Shown: piece after piece, positions 8,297 through 18,139 of the stretch
How positions within the stretch are numbered: position 1 is the stretch's first letter
How the letters are laid out: every line of letters begins with the position of its first letter
From: a virus
Lineage: Duplodnaviria; Caudoviricetes
DNA length: 44,556 bases
IMG/VR virus record: IMGVR_UViG_3300048861_000082
Coordinates: 1 to 44,556 of that record
Direction: 5' to 3' (one strand)
The notes under the pieces: generated by a model
Databases searched by the model: none
Seen by the model: the letters and a program-made list of their open reading frames with translations, nothing else
Told to the model about the DNA's origin: nothing
Program-made: the position numbers and the translations under genes

Positions 8297-8974
8297 CTAG
8301 GGAGCTGCTACGACGGAATAGTCATTCGTGACAACTGCATAGCCGTCGTGTGTCACAACCGTCCAGTCTTCAATCTGAAAGTCGTAAGCAAATATCGGTA
8401 CTGTATGCGCAGGAATAACAGATCTGATTTCGCATTCGAGAACATTGTTCGCCCAAGATGCGAGCGGATCGCCGGCAGCCATCGCGCCAGCGACGGCTCT
8501 TGATACCGAGGCGAGAGGCGCTGTGATACGCCAGGCAAAGTTCCAGTCTTGCCCGCAGCAAGGCGCACCGGCACGAAGCTGACCAACACGCGCCTGCGTG
8601 AACTGCTCGATAGTGACTGTGAAACCTAGACTCTCTGCGAACCCTATGAAATATGGGATGGACGCTCCACCAACGTTGGTAAAGCGCGCAATTACCTGAC
8701 TGCGCCGCTGCGGAATAGTCGGCGCTATGCCAGCACAGGGATCAGGCAGACCTAGCGTCGACTCCCATTCCGGCAACAACTCATAACTCGTCGCTGGAAA
8801 CGAGTCGATCAGGAGATAGTTCGCTCGTGCAGTCTGCCGCTCATAGGACGGCGCCAGGCCGGCCAGCACTTTCGTCTGTACGGCATCATCGTCGCGCGGC
8901 CACACTCTGCCGCGCGGCAGCAACGCCTGCATCGCGGCAAGGAAGTTCGCAGCAGTAAAATTCGGTGCAAGCAT
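8297..8974 (-). CDS. Baseplate protein, Mu gp48/YmfQ (DUF2313) family
   Basis: ALLPRGRVWP, ELLPEWESTLGLPDPC, LECEI...PAHT motifs. Confidence 0.9.
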   Translation of the reverse strand: MLAPNFTAANFLAAMQALLPRGRVWPRDDDAVQTKVLAGLAPSYERQTARANYLLIDSFPATSYELLPEWESTLGLPDPCAGIAPTIPQRRSQVIARFTNVGGASIPYFIGFAESLGFTVTIEQFTQARVGQLRAGAPCCGQDWNFAWRITAPLASVSRAVAGAMAAGDPLASWANNVLECEIRSVIPAHTVPIFAYDFQIEDWTVVTHDGYAVVTNDYSVVAAP

Positions 8975-8981
8975 TCATCCC

Positions 8982-10145
8982 TCAGGAATAGATCACATTT
9001 GCGAGCACCGGCAACGATCCGAAGCTGCCTGTGATATTCCCCGCATAGGTGGTGACCGTAGTGTCGATGACCCCTTGCACAAGCGAGATAACAAAGCCAC
9101 TGGTCCCCGAGATTGCTGCTATGGATGACTCAATGTCCGAACGATTGACCGTTCCGCCGCGCGGGTCGCCACTGCGAAAGAAAACATCCGAAATCGTGGC
9201 TGAGATCGCCGATCGCGTTGCGGCTGATGCACCGGAAAGTCCGTCGATCGTGAAGGTCAGACTATTCGGCACCGGCGCGCATGAATAAACCAGGGCGGTC
9301 ACAGGCTGCTCGGAAATGAGGGCATCCGCCACGACCAGTTGATCCCCAGTCGCTATAGTCCCGCGCGGCATTCCTCCTGGACCTTCGTCATGCTGGGAGA
9401 CACCGTTCGTCCCCTGCGGGAAGCCTCCATGGAGCGATTCAGCGTCGTCGAACATGGTGTAAATCACGACTGTGCCGACACCGAATCCATTCGGGGCACA
9501 CCAAGCACGTGAGACCCCCGCGACGGCGAGCGCCCAACCTTCATAGTCGTTCTTGTCCCCGCCCTGCGGAGTGTTCTGATACGCGGCCAGCATCCGACTG
9601 CGAAGCTCATCGTTCGTCTCGATGTCGGCACCACTTGATACCGTGGCCATCACGCTTCCAGTCGACTGAATGCCGTCGGCTGACGCGCCCAAGGTCATAA
9701 CCGTCCCAACATCAGAATTGCCCGCTGCCCCGGCCGCGTCTGCCTTGGCCGCCACCGAGACAAATCCCGTGCTATCGACTGTCCCGACAGCATTAGTGGT
9801 ATAGGTCGCGCCATCGCCACGAACGACCTGCGTACCGACGTCGAGCGTCTTTCCGACAGTCCCCGGAAAAGACACCTGCAGGATGGCCTGCGAGGCTTCC
9901 TTTAGGTATACCTTTTTGAGTGCTGCCCAGCCCTGCAAATACTCATCTTCTGCAGTGAACGGGACAGCCTGCTTCGCAATCCAATCCAGATAGCCCATTT
10001 GCATGTTAGACATGCCAGCCTGGACCTTGCCGATGATCTTCAACACGGCAAAGCGAAGCAGAGCGTCGGCACCCTGTAGCGACGACGAGATGTCGGCCGC
10101 CACCTCGCTGATCAGGGTGGAAAGCGTCTTTCTTTGAAATGGCAT
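8982..10145 (-). CDS. Baseplate J / Mu gp47 family protein
   Basis: AGAAGN, GADIETNDELRSR, PQGG...DYEGWA..VAGVSRAW motifs. Confidence 0.92.
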   Translation of the reverse strand: MPFQRKTLSTLISEVAADISSSLQGADALLRFAVLKIIGKVQAGMSNMQMGYLDWIAKQAVPFTAEDEYLQGWAALKKVYLKEASQAILQVSFPGTVGKTLDVGTQVVRGDGATYTTNAVGTVDSTGFVSVAAKADAAGAAGNSDVGTVMTLGASADGIQSTGSVMATVSSGADIETNDELRSRMLAAYQNTPQGGDKNDYEGWALAVAGVSRAWCAPNGFGVGTVVIYTMFDDAESLHGGFPQGTNGVSQHDEGPGGMPRGTIATGDQLVVADALISEQPVTALVYSCAPVPNSLTFTIDGLSGASAATRSAISATISDVFFRSGDPRGGTVNRSDIESSIAAISGTSGFVISLVQGVIDTTVTTYAGNITGSFGSLPVLANVIYS

Positions 10146-10146
10146 A

Positions 10147-10593
10147 TCAGGAGAGCTGGTTCCAGGCCCACGCGTACGTCAGCGGTATCTGCGGGCCCGT
10201 CGGTTGATAGAGGATGATCTGCGCGCCGAGAAATGTGTCGCGCGTCCATTCCGTCTGCACATCAATGCTTGCTACCACGCCATCGTCGACGAGCCACTGC
10301 AGGGCCTCGATGATGTAGTCGCGTGCATTGTTGAGCACTTCCTGAGTCTGTTTCGAACGATCGAGTAACCAGAGCCGCGAACCGATCAGTTTGTCCTCGC
10401 CAATGTCACCCCACCACCCTCGAGGATCGCCAGTCCCGTCCGGGATCGAATCATCGACGTTTGCCTGACGATCGGTGAAGAGACTCACCAGCACAGCGCT
10501 TTGAAGGTCGTTCCCGGTCACGAGTGCCGGCGCAACAAACTTCCAATCGCCTCGGCTGTTGTCGACGTCCCAGACTACCGAGATGTCGGACAT
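10147..10593 (-). CDS. Mu gp46 family baseplate protein
   Basis: AVLVSLFTDR, RGWWGD, GSRLWLLDRSK, EALQWLVDDG motifs. Confidence 0.92.
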   Translation of the reverse strand: MSDISVVWDVDNSRGDWKFVAPALVTGNDLQSAVLVSLFTDRQANVDDSIPDGTGDPRGWWGDIGEDKLIGSRLWLLDRSKQTQEVLNNARDYIIEALQWLVDDGVVASIDVQTEWTRDTFLGAQIILYQPTGPQIPLTYAWAWNQLS

Positions 10594-10596
10594 GGG

Positions 10597-11160
10597 TTAC
10601 TCCTGTTGATTCGGGGTGTTGGTCTCAGTGCCTGGGCCACCAAGCTGGACGTTCGGCACTTCATGCGTGTGTGCATTCGCAACTTCACGCATGCCAGCGA
10701 CCGTTCGCGTGTTCGTGTTGCAGTTATCGAGGATGTCGCCTGTGCATTTCAGCAGCGGCGTATCCGCCAAAATTGACGGCGCATTCGTGATCTCGATCGG
10801 TTTGCCGCCACCATTCACCACAATTCCCGCCGCCGACAGATACACAGACTGCCCGCTGTCGTCGTAGATCGCCACCTCGCCGGTCGCAAGGCCCTTCATG
10901 CGGTACTTTGCGTTCGATGTTGCAATCACGATTCCGTCATTGCGATCGCCGTTTTTCATGGCGACGACAGCCTGTGTGCCGGCCGGCGGATTCGAGGTGA
11001 ATCCGTATTCTATGAACCGTGGAATATCGGAGATCAACTCAAGCCCGTTGATGCGAAGCTGCAGCATCTGTACGGGCTTCGTGTCGTCGACAAGCGTGAT
11101 CGAGCCGCGCGCCATCATCAACAGAATCCGGCGGGCCAGGCGGTTCAATTGGTCGAGCAT
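10597..11160 (-). CDS. Baseplate spike, Mu gp45/gpV family
   Basis: YGFTSNPPAG, GEVAIYD and C-terminal HTH iron-binding (AHTHEV) motifs. Confidence 0.9.
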   Translation of the reverse strand: MLDQLNRLARRILLMMARGSITLVDDTKPVQMLQLRINGLELISDIPRFIEYGFTSNPPAGTQAVVAMKNGDRNDGIVIATSNAKYRMKGLATGEVAIYDDSGQSVYLSAAGIVVNGGGKPIEITNAPSILADTPLLKCTGDILDNCNTNTRTVAGMREVANAHTHEVPNVQLGGPGTETNTPNQQE

Positions 11161-12302
11161 TATTGCTGCGCCCCTGTTTGGGTCGATTCATCCATCGGTA
11201 ACACATCCAGTGCGATAGGCTCGGGCAGGAAGCCTTGCCGCGGCCCGAACACCAGCTCCGCGTGAGTTCCCAACTTGTCGAGGATGAACGTCACCTCGGC
11301 AAGTAGAAGAATCGTGTTTTCAGGTATGCCCACCGCATCAGCAGTCACCGGATAGTTAGTGTTCGTAATCCACGGCGACCCACTCGCGTCGCGCCAGCTA
11401 TCGACCAGAACGCGCACGCGCCGCGACCTTCCGTAGGACCGCGAAGCCATCCAATTCACGCGCTTCTCCACGAACCGGCGATCAGTCGCGCTCTGCTCAG
11501 AAACAAAGTACGTCGGGCGCAAGCGGCCTGTGCTGCTCTTCGCTACCACAGTAACGACAGGAAGATTCGTTACGCCTTCATCGTCTGCGCCGGCGCTATA
11601 CGCACTCAACACAGCATTGAAAGTGCTGAATGTGCCAAGCGTGCTCTTCGTGCAAGAGATCGCCTCTACGTTCTGCCCCAGAGCTAGCCCTGATGCCCCG
11701 AGCTCCGTGCCGGCGGTCGAGATCGTCAACTCACCTTCTTCACTCTCGAACACCAACATGCCGCAATAGCGCGCGTATCGTTCAATCACTTCCCACGCGG
11801 TTTCAGTGATGCTCACGATCTGCCGGGGAAGAACAGGCAGCTTGTCGAGGATCGCCTGTGTCCCATTGGGTGGCACGAACACATTGACCGAGTATGGCGC
11901 CGCGATCGCGGTGCATAGCGCAGCGAGTGACGTGTTGGCATTGACTTTATCGATCCGGCAGGAGCAATCGACAAGATCGGAGAGCTTGCCGCGCCCCGAG
12001 AGCTTAATCAGATGCACGCGCGGCGCCAGCGTCTGTTCGATCGTCTCGATGAAGCCTGAGAGGACTACGTCATCACCGATCGAAATTTTGACTGGAGCCC
12101 CCTCCTTTGAAATCAGATTCAGGGTGTTCGCGTCTGCCGAGCACGACAGTTCAAACGACGATGTCGCTACCTCAATGGATCTAGAGATCCGCACGGCCTT
12201 CCAGCCGGTCAACATCAAGCCGTCATCGGTCAGTAGAACCCGAACCTCATCGACGCTCGGCTTCGCCCCAACGCCGTCGACGATACGGTCTGCGTTCGGC
12301 AT
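11160..12302 (-). CDS. Baseplate hub, Mu gpP/gp44 family
   Basis: GWKAVRISRSIE, SGRGKLSDLVDCS, ETAWEVIER motifs. Confidence 0.88.
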   Translation of the reverse strand: MPNADRIVDGVGAKPSVDEVRVLLTDDGLMLTGWKAVRISRSIEVATSSFELSCSADANTLNLISKEGAPVKISIGDDVVLSGFIETIEQTLAPRVHLIKLSGRGKLSDLVDCSCRIDKVNANTSLAALCTAIAAPYSVNVFVPPNGTQAILDKLPVLPRQIVSITETAWEVIERYARYCGMLVFESEEGELTISTAGTELGASGLALGQNVEAISCTKSTLGTFSTFNAVLSAYSAGADDEGVTNLPVVTVVAKSSTGRLRPTYFVSEQSATDRRFVEKRVNWMASRSYGRSRRVRVLVDSWRDASGSPWITNTNYPVTADAVGIPENTILLLAEVTFILDKLGTHAELVFGPRQGFLPEPIALDVLPMDESTQTGAQQ

Positions 12303-13861
12303 TAGAAGTTTCCTGGGGAATATGCATATTGATCGCCGAGCGGCGCCTGCTGACGATCTGTCGTCAGCGTGGTGTCGACGTTCGGCGATGCTTCGACATT
12401 AACGCTTGTGCCGGTCGGTGCGTTCTTGTGCACAATCTCGATACGCATTTTCCCTGGTGCCCCGGTCGCTTCACCGAATTGGCTGTCAAGGTCCCGAGCT
12501 ATGCCAGCACGCACGGAAGACTCGTTTGGATCTTTAGGACGTTCGTACAACGATGACACCTTTGCAGCGGCGTCGGTAGCTGTCGACGAAGCCAGCAGAG
12601 CATCACCTGCGGCCCGCTCGTTGTGCTGCAGTTCCCATAAGGAAAAGCCAAGCTGCTCCTCGTGGCTAGCCATTGCCAGTGGCCGCCCGAATGTGCGCTC
12701 GTAGATTGCCTGACGATCCGGATGCCACTGGAGCAACCCTACCGCCCTCCCGTTGTCGCCGACTGCGCGCTCGTCGAAACCGCTTTCCCGGCTGATGTTG
12801 GACACCATGCCGACAGCCTGCTCGCGCGACAACCCGTGATTCATGTACCACTCTACGTCGGTCCGCGCACGTTCAAGCTGAGCGCCGTTACCAACCGGCG
12901 TTTGCTCGTTGAGCTGTGCCATGGTCGCGTTGCCGCGCCCACGAAGCACATTGCCGAACCGCTCAAAGCCGTTCCAGAGGCGCTGCTCAGTGCTGTCTGA
13001 GCCGTCTGCGCGCGGCGCCGGATGCTGGCGACCGCTCGCCGAGTCAAACAGAAACTGGATGCTGGTGAGCAGCGTGTTCAATGCCGGCTCGACATCGCTA
13101 AGGATCGTGGTCTTGAGCTTGTCGTATGTGATGCCGAGCCGGGCAGACTCATCCGCATACTCTTTCGCCCGGCGAATATCATCGTCTGTCGGTATGTAGT
13201 TCTTCGCCGCCAGCAGATCGGCGGATACCTGCACAGGCCCGCGATCGAGGAAGTCAACGAGTTGCCCCGCGCCTGCCGCGCCAAGGAAGTTCTGCGCCCC
13301 GCCATACTTTCCCTGCGAGCGTAGCACCGACGCGTATGCGGCCAGCTTCGTCAGCACGGATTCGATGTCTTCCATCCGGGCTGGATTCGTCGAGATCCCT
13401 GCCGCCTGGAATCTTTTTAGAGCCTCGGGATTCCTGTTGTTGATGGCGTCGCTATAGGCTTGACGCACCTGCTCTACCCCGCCATTCACCTGCTCGGGCG
13501 AGAGACCCGCAAGGCGCCCGGCGTACTGCACTCCGTACGCCTGGCGGGTCGACAGGCCGGTCCGGGTACCTAGGTTGCTCATGGAGCGCACGGAGGAGGC
13601 CCATTCCGACTCGATCTGCGCCATTTTGCCGACCAGAGCCGCCACCGCGCCGGTGATCAGGCCTGACCCACCAACGAACCGCGTAACAGCTGAGATTGCC
13701 CCGCCGCTCGAGCTGAGCCCCATGCTGATCGAATCGCCCAGCTTGTCGATCTTGCTGCTGCGGATCTGCTTTCCAAGCCCCTCGATGCTCGACCGCACCT
13801 TCCCGATTGGGCCCGATGCAGCGTCCTTCGCCGTGATCGCGATCGCAATCTTGTTTGCCAT
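12302..13861 (-). CDS. Tape measure protein with C-terminal phage tail lysozyme domain
   Basis: MANKIAIAITAKD N-terminus, Ala/Gly-rich body; QAVGMVSNISRESGF..AVGDNG.AVGLLQW...YERP muramidase-like domain. Confidence 0.85.
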   Translation of the reverse strand: MANKIAIAITAKDAASGPIGKVRSSIEGLGKQIRSSKIDKLGDSISMGLSSSGGAISAVTRFVGGSGLITGAVAALVGKMAQIESEWASSVRSMSNLGTRTGLSTRQAYGVQYAGRLAGLSPEQVNGGVEQVRQAYSDAINNRNPEALKRFQAAGISTNPARMEDIESVLTKLAAYASVLRSQGKYGGAQNFLGAAGAGQLVDFLDRGPVQVSADLLAAKNYIPTDDDIRRAKEYADESARLGITYDKLKTTILSDVEPALNTLLTSIQFLFDSASGRQHPAPRADGSDSTEQRLWNGFERFGNVLRGRGNATMAQLNEQTPVGNGAQLERARTDVEWYMNHGLSREQAVGMVSNISRESGFDERAVGDNGRAVGLLQWHPDRQAIYERTFGRPLAMASHEEQLGFSLWELQHNERAAGDALLASSTATDAAAKVSSLYERPKDPNESSVRAGIARDLDSQFGEATGAPGKMRIEIVHKNAPTGTSVNVEASPNVDTTLTTDRQQAPLGDQYAYSPGNF

Positions 13862-13871
13862 GAGTCATCGC

Positions 13872-15299
13872 CTAATTCGCGAGTGCCTTGAACGATCTAG
13901 GGCAAAACGCTGGGTGTATCGGGTCAATCTGTGTCGTCAGGTCGTCCGCACGCGTTGGATCGCGATAAATCCGTGTCGCCAGTACCAGCACCGGCATTGA
14001 GCCGGCAAAAACGAACGTCTGGATCGACGAAAGCGCAGCGCCGCGCTTATTCAAATCCGCTACTACCGCCGCACGTAGCGTGCGCAGTGCTTCGTATGTA
14101 TCGTCTTCGCCCTGGTCGCCCGCGACATCGATCTCCGCATCAAGCAGCGCCGAGACCTGATCACGCATGTTCGCCGCGTCATCGCTCGACGTCGGTTGAT
14201 ACGTCGAAGATGCAAGCGCCACCGATGCGATCGCACTCCGACGAAATAGGTCGCCGCATGCCATCTGCATCTGCCCCATAGCGATACCGATCACCGACGT
14301 TGTAGTCGACCCTGACGGCACATATCCGCTCAGCGAAGACAGCAGCCGAACGCCGTCGGCTGGGTCAGTCGTCGCGGCAAGGACAGCAGATGTCACGCCC
14401 TGCGCGGCGGTGGAGAAGTCTCCTACCGTCGATGCATCAAGGGAACGCGCGGCCGTATCAAGCATCTCGGACGCCGTTGTGACAGCAGCCCGCGCCGCAG
14501 TCGCCTGCTCAATCAGGCCCTGAGTTGTGACTCCTGACTTCCCGACCGACGAACTCGGATATTTGCTGAAGGTGGGCAGTGTCGCACTACCCGTAAAGCG
14601 CCCGAAGTCGCCGGGCAGATTCGTCAACAGCTTGAAGAGGTTCCGCGCATCGCCAACGAGATTTTTAGCATAGGTGTACCAGCCGACAGAGGCATCGACA
14701 GCCGCGCCGAGCACCGCAGCGCCTTGCAATATTGCAGTGCTGGCTGTCCTGGCGAAGTCAGCCGCTGCGGCTACATTCAGGCCGCCAAACGCGTTCGATA
14801 CTGCAAGCGTCGTCGCTGTATCGCTCGTTGGATACGTGCGCGGACCACCTTCGATGAATTCGAACTGGAACTCAAAATAGCGGCCCTTCTCCCACCGTTC
14901 TATGGATCTGAAATCCATCAGGCTGACGGTGCGGCGCCCGAGCGTTGGGTGCACTAGCGAACCGTCACCAGACGTTTCGCACGCCGCGATCAGAATGTCG
15001 CGCTGTGCGATGACGTCGTCGCCGACCACAAACCCGTAGATTCGGATGCGGCGCCCGCGGCGGCCGAGGTCTTCAACCCATACCGTGTCGCGCTGCGGAT
15101 ATTCGTGCAGCTCGTTACGGCGACCGAAGGCGCTTTCGCCACCCAGTGAAACGAATGGCACACCGCGGAAGGATGCTGGGCGAAGCTGCTCAAAATACGA
15201 AGCCGCCGAACCACCGAGTCGCGCGGCAAGCGAACTGGCCAGATTCGTGATCCCGGACGCCGTGCCGAGCACCGCGCCGGCACCGCCGGCGATATTCAT
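13872..15299 (-). CDS. DNA circularization protein (Mu gpN/gp43 family)
   Basis: LRPASFRGVPF, GRR..LHEYPQRD..WVEDLGR, LVHPTLG, IHPAF motifs. Confidence 0.92.
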   Translation of the reverse strand: MNIAGGAGAVLGTASGITNLASSLAARLGGSAASYFEQLRPASFRGVPFVSLGGESAFGRRNELHEYPQRDTVWVEDLGRRGRRIRIYGFVVGDDVIAQRDILIAACETSGDGSLVHPTLGRRTVSLMDFRSIERWEKGRYFEFQFEFIEGGPRTYPTSDTATTLAVSNAFGGLNVAAAADFARTASTAILQGAAVLGAAVDASVGWYTYAKNLVGDARNLFKLLTNLPGDFGRFTGSATLPTFSKYPSSSVGKSGVTTQGLIEQATAARAAVTTASEMLDTAARSLDASTVGDFSTAAQGVTSAVLAATTDPADGVRLLSSLSGYVPSGSTTTSVIGIAMGQMQMACGDLFRRSAIASVALASSTYQPTSSDDAANMRDQVSALLDAEIDVAGDQGEDDTYEALRTLRAAVVADLNKRGAALSSIQTFVFAGSMPVLVLATRIYRDPTRADDLTTQIDPIHPAFCPRSFKALAN

Positions 15300-15300
15300 G

Positions 15301-15444
15301 TCAGGCCCCTATCTGGTTTTTCATTCGCCGGGCTCGATCGAGCCGACGCAATGACTCGGTAAAAGTCATGCCTTCGACAACGTCTGGCCCCCATCGCATG
15401 AAGTAGGTCAACTCGTCTAGGCGGTCGTCCCACCCTTCAGGCAT
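15301..15444 (-). CDS. GpE'-like tail chaperone extension (probable -1 frameshift partner)
   Basis: Not in ORF track; MPEGWDDRLDELTYFMRWGPDVVEGMTFTESLRRLDRARRMKNQIGA; its frame is open back into the 3' end of the chaperone gene. Confidence 0.7.
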   Translation of the reverse strand: MPEGWDDRLDELTYFMRWGPDVVEGMTFTESLRRLDRARRMKNQIGA

Positions 15445-15461
15445 GTCGGTACGCTGGGCGA

Positions 15462-16022
15462 TCAGTCGTCCGAGCCCGGTGATCGCCGAACCTGAAAACC
15501 GCTGAAATAGCCGACGGCCGCCATGAAGTCACGAGCGCAGAGCGCGCGCACGGCGTTTTTTGGATAGCCTCCGACCAGACTGATGCGCGCGATCGCAGCG
15601 GCGAACGGGCCGCCGGCAGCTACCGCCTTCCGGTTCTGCTGATTTGTGGGTTCGCAGAGACTGAGAGAGGCCAGATTCAGCGGGCTGTCCTCTTTCGTGA
15701 TGCAAACCGGCTTCACCAGCGGGATCACGATTTCCTCGGCGCTTGCTGCCGGAAAATTGGCTGCCTCATGACCGAATGAAGCAATGAATTCTTCCGCCTC
15801 GTTGATCTGGCTTCCGTACATCTGATCGATCACGTCGATCGGCTCACCGCTCAGCAGTGCGATCAGCGCGATCGACGTGCCGAACTGGCCGGCCGCCTTC
15901 TCAGCGGCCTCATACTCGCCAGCCGTCGCTTCTCGTACCGTGATCTCGGTTACTGTCTTCGCTGAATCACCCTTGCCGTACGTCAGCGGCTTGCGCAGGA
16001 CGATGGTCTTGGTTTCCTGCAT
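15462..16022 (-). CDS. Tail assembly chaperone (Mu gp41-like, tandem duplicated domain)
   Basis: Position after tail tube; two LxKP...lreP/At...lsG.p units. Confidence 0.8.
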   Translation of the reverse strand: MQETKTIVLRKPLTYGKGDSAKTVTEITVREATAGEYEAAEKAAGQFGTSIALIALLSGEPIDVIDQMYGSQINEAEEFIASFGHEAANFPAASAEEIVIPLVKPVCITKEDSPLNLASLSLCEPTNQQNRKAVAAGGPFAAAIARISLVGGYPKNAVRALCARDFMAAVGYFSGFQVRRSPGSDD

Positions 16023-16025
16023 TGA

Positions 16026-16400
16026 TCAGTTCTCCGTGACCGCGCCTTGGAGGCCTTCCCAATGCGCAGTGAACTTGGCTTCGGTCGTGTCGACTTCCTG
16101 CGCCTCGACTGTCCACATGTTGCGGCCGATAACGGTCTTGCCGTTGGCGAGCTCGAGCACGATCGTCTGGCTGCGCATCGCGTTGAATGCAGCGAGACTC
16201 AGGCCGCCAGAATCACGGATCGATGCAGAGATCGACGGAGGCTTCGGCTTTTCGCTGAAACCGTGCACCGTATCCTGACCGCTCAGCGATTCCCGCGTCA
16301 CGGTACCGACGTCGTACTTCAACTCGCCTTCGAGTTGATAGTTCACCCCGTCTACCGTCAGGTATGCGGTGCCGGCGATGAACGGCGTGTTGTTAGCCAT
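16026..16400 (-). CDS. Tail tube protein (Mu gpM family)
   Basis: IAGTAYLTVDG, RESLSGQDTVHGFSE, ELANGK motifs. Confidence 0.9.
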   Translation of the reverse strand: MANNTPFIAGTAYLTVDGVNYQLEGELKYDVGTVTRESLSGQDTVHGFSEKPKPPSISASIRDSGGLSLAAFNAMRSQTIVLELANGKTVIGRNMWTVEAQEVDTTEAKFTAHWEGLQGAVTEN

Positions 16401-16463
16401 CGTTGGCTCTCCACAAATGAAAACGCCGCCCATTCAGGCGGCGCACTGCGTTGACGGGACCGA

Positions 16464-17957
16464 CTACGACTGGGTTGTCGAGAGGCGGAACTGCGCCAGG
16501 AGCGCGAAGATGCGCAACTGGTTGATCAGCGTGCCGGGCCAGAGCACATCGACGCGGTTCGGGTTCGAACTGTTTTGCTCGACTACGATGGCCTGCGCGA
16601 AGATGTCGCTTCCCTGCACGTAGCCCTCGTATTCCATCGCCTGATACTCGGCGATCTGGTCGGCCTTGATGATGTTCGGCGTCACGATGCCCGAGCCGGG
16701 CGCGAACCGCGTGCCGTTCGCGGCTAGCTTCACGCGCGCATACTTGGTCGTGACCATTGTTCGCAGCCGGCGCAAGACGTACGCGAGCAGGAACATGGTT
16801 TCGATTTCGAGATAGCTGTTGTCGGGCTGCCCGAACGCGTTGAGTTGGTACGTAGTGATCAGATTTTCGATCGCCACCGTCCCATCGCTAGCCACCGTGA
16901 ACGTCGAGATACCGTCATAGAGCAGCGTATTGCGCTGACTCAGGTTGAAGCGCGACTGCAGCGGGGGCGCCAGCACGCCAGCGAGCGCCACCGTCTGCAT
17001 CGGAATGCCCGGATCAGCACGGACGCTCACGGCCGTCACCGCGGCCAGCGCAGCGGCCCATTGCCATGCCGGCGTCGGCGAGTCGTTGAAGCCCATCACC
17101 GATTCGTGCTGGTTGTTCCGCGCCGTGCCGAAGGTCGTCTGGCTCGCCCACGTGCCGCGGTATGCGCAGAACACGTGGCCGAATACCTGTTGCTGCCAGC
17201 TCCAGCGCCCTGTCTGGTCGTTCAGGAACGCCTTAAGCGCATCAAGCGACGTCGCATCGGTGAATGCGCACGCGATGAAGTCGAACGGCATGTCGAGTAG
17301 ATTGCCGAGTGCCGTCGTCAATGTGGGGTTCGTCGCACCACCCGTCATCGCGGTGATAGTCGCAGCCAACCCTGTCGGGAGCACTTCTCCAGCCTGCGCG
17401 CCGACAAAGTTGAACCGTACGTCGATGTCGTTGCCAACGAGCCCCTTGTTATCCGCCGTGAGCGTCACCGTGCTCGTCGCCACCGACGCCGTGACCGGCA
17501 TTGCGGGAATCAGGTTGATCGCCGCAGCGACAGCCGTCGCCACCTGTGCGGTCGTCATACCAGCCGTCACCGGGACCGTCACGAGTTGACCGGCGATGTA
17601 CAGCGAGATCGTACCATTCGCGGTAGGTGCGGACGTGAAGGCAATCGAGGCAGTCGCCGCCGTCGCACCTGCCGCGTCCTGGACCGGCAGGTACCAGAGC
17701 TCCCCGAACTGGTCGTTCTGGCGATATGCGGCGGTCATCAGGGCTAGTACCGAGTTCGCTCCGGCCTGCTGATTGGCGTCACCCGTACCGGCCGAGATCA
17801 GCGGGACATTCGGCGTCGCGATACCGGCCGACGTCATCGGGCCGATCAGCAGCGCGCGCTGATTCGCAACCGACGTATTCGCATGTGAATTGTCGATCTC
17901 GGCGAAGAACAGCGGCGTGCGGATGCTCTGCGGGATCTGCTTGAATGGAATAGTCAT
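16464..17957 (-). CDS. Tail sheath protein (Mu gpL family)
   Basis: F.QIP..IRTPLFFAEIDNS, RNTLLYDGIST, ITTYQ.N..G.PDNSYL, LINQLRIFA motifs. Confidence 0.95.
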   Translation of the reverse strand: MTIPFKQIPQSIRTPLFFAEIDNSHANTSVANQRALLIGPMTSAGIATPNVPLISAGTGDANQQAGANSVLALMTAAYRQNDQFGELWYLPVQDAAGATAATASIAFTSAPTANGTISLYIAGQLVTVPVTAGMTTAQVATAVAAAINLIPAMPVTASVATSTVTLTADNKGLVGNDIDVRFNFVGAQAGEVLPTGLAATITAMTGGATNPTLTTALGNLLDMPFDFIACAFTDATSLDALKAFLNDQTGRWSWQQQVFGHVFCAYRGTWASQTTFGTARNNQHESVMGFNDSPTPAWQWAAALAAVTAVSVRADPGIPMQTVALAGVLAPPLQSRFNLSQRNTLLYDGISTFTVASDGTVAIENLITTYQLNAFGQPDNSYLEIETMFLLAYVLRRLRTMVTTKYARVKLAANGTRFAPGSGIVTPNIIKADQIAEYQAMEYEGYVQGSDIFAQAIVVEQNSSNPNRVDVLWPGTLINQLRIFALLAQFRLSTTQS

Positions 17958-18130
17958 TGCGAGTTGCTCCCAGACTTCGCGGCGGTGTTGTCAGCGCGCA
18001 CGACATCGCCATCGTTCAGCACACGCGTCCAGAAAATGTCGTCTTCCGGCACTTCGATGCCTTCCGGCGGCAGCAATTGCTTCGTGACCGGATGCCGCAC
18101 TTTCAGGCCCGGCGCAGGTTTGACGATCAT
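17954..18130 (-). CDS. DUF2635 (Mu gp38-like) small protein
   Basis: Not in ORF track; MIVKPAPGLKVRHPVTKQLLPPEGIEVPEDDIFWTRVLNDGDVV. Confidence 0.85.
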   Translation of the reverse strand: MIVKPAPGLKVRHPVTKQLLPPEGIEVPEDDIFWTRVLNDGDVVRADNTAAKSGSNSQ

Positions 18131-18139
18131 TCGTCACTC

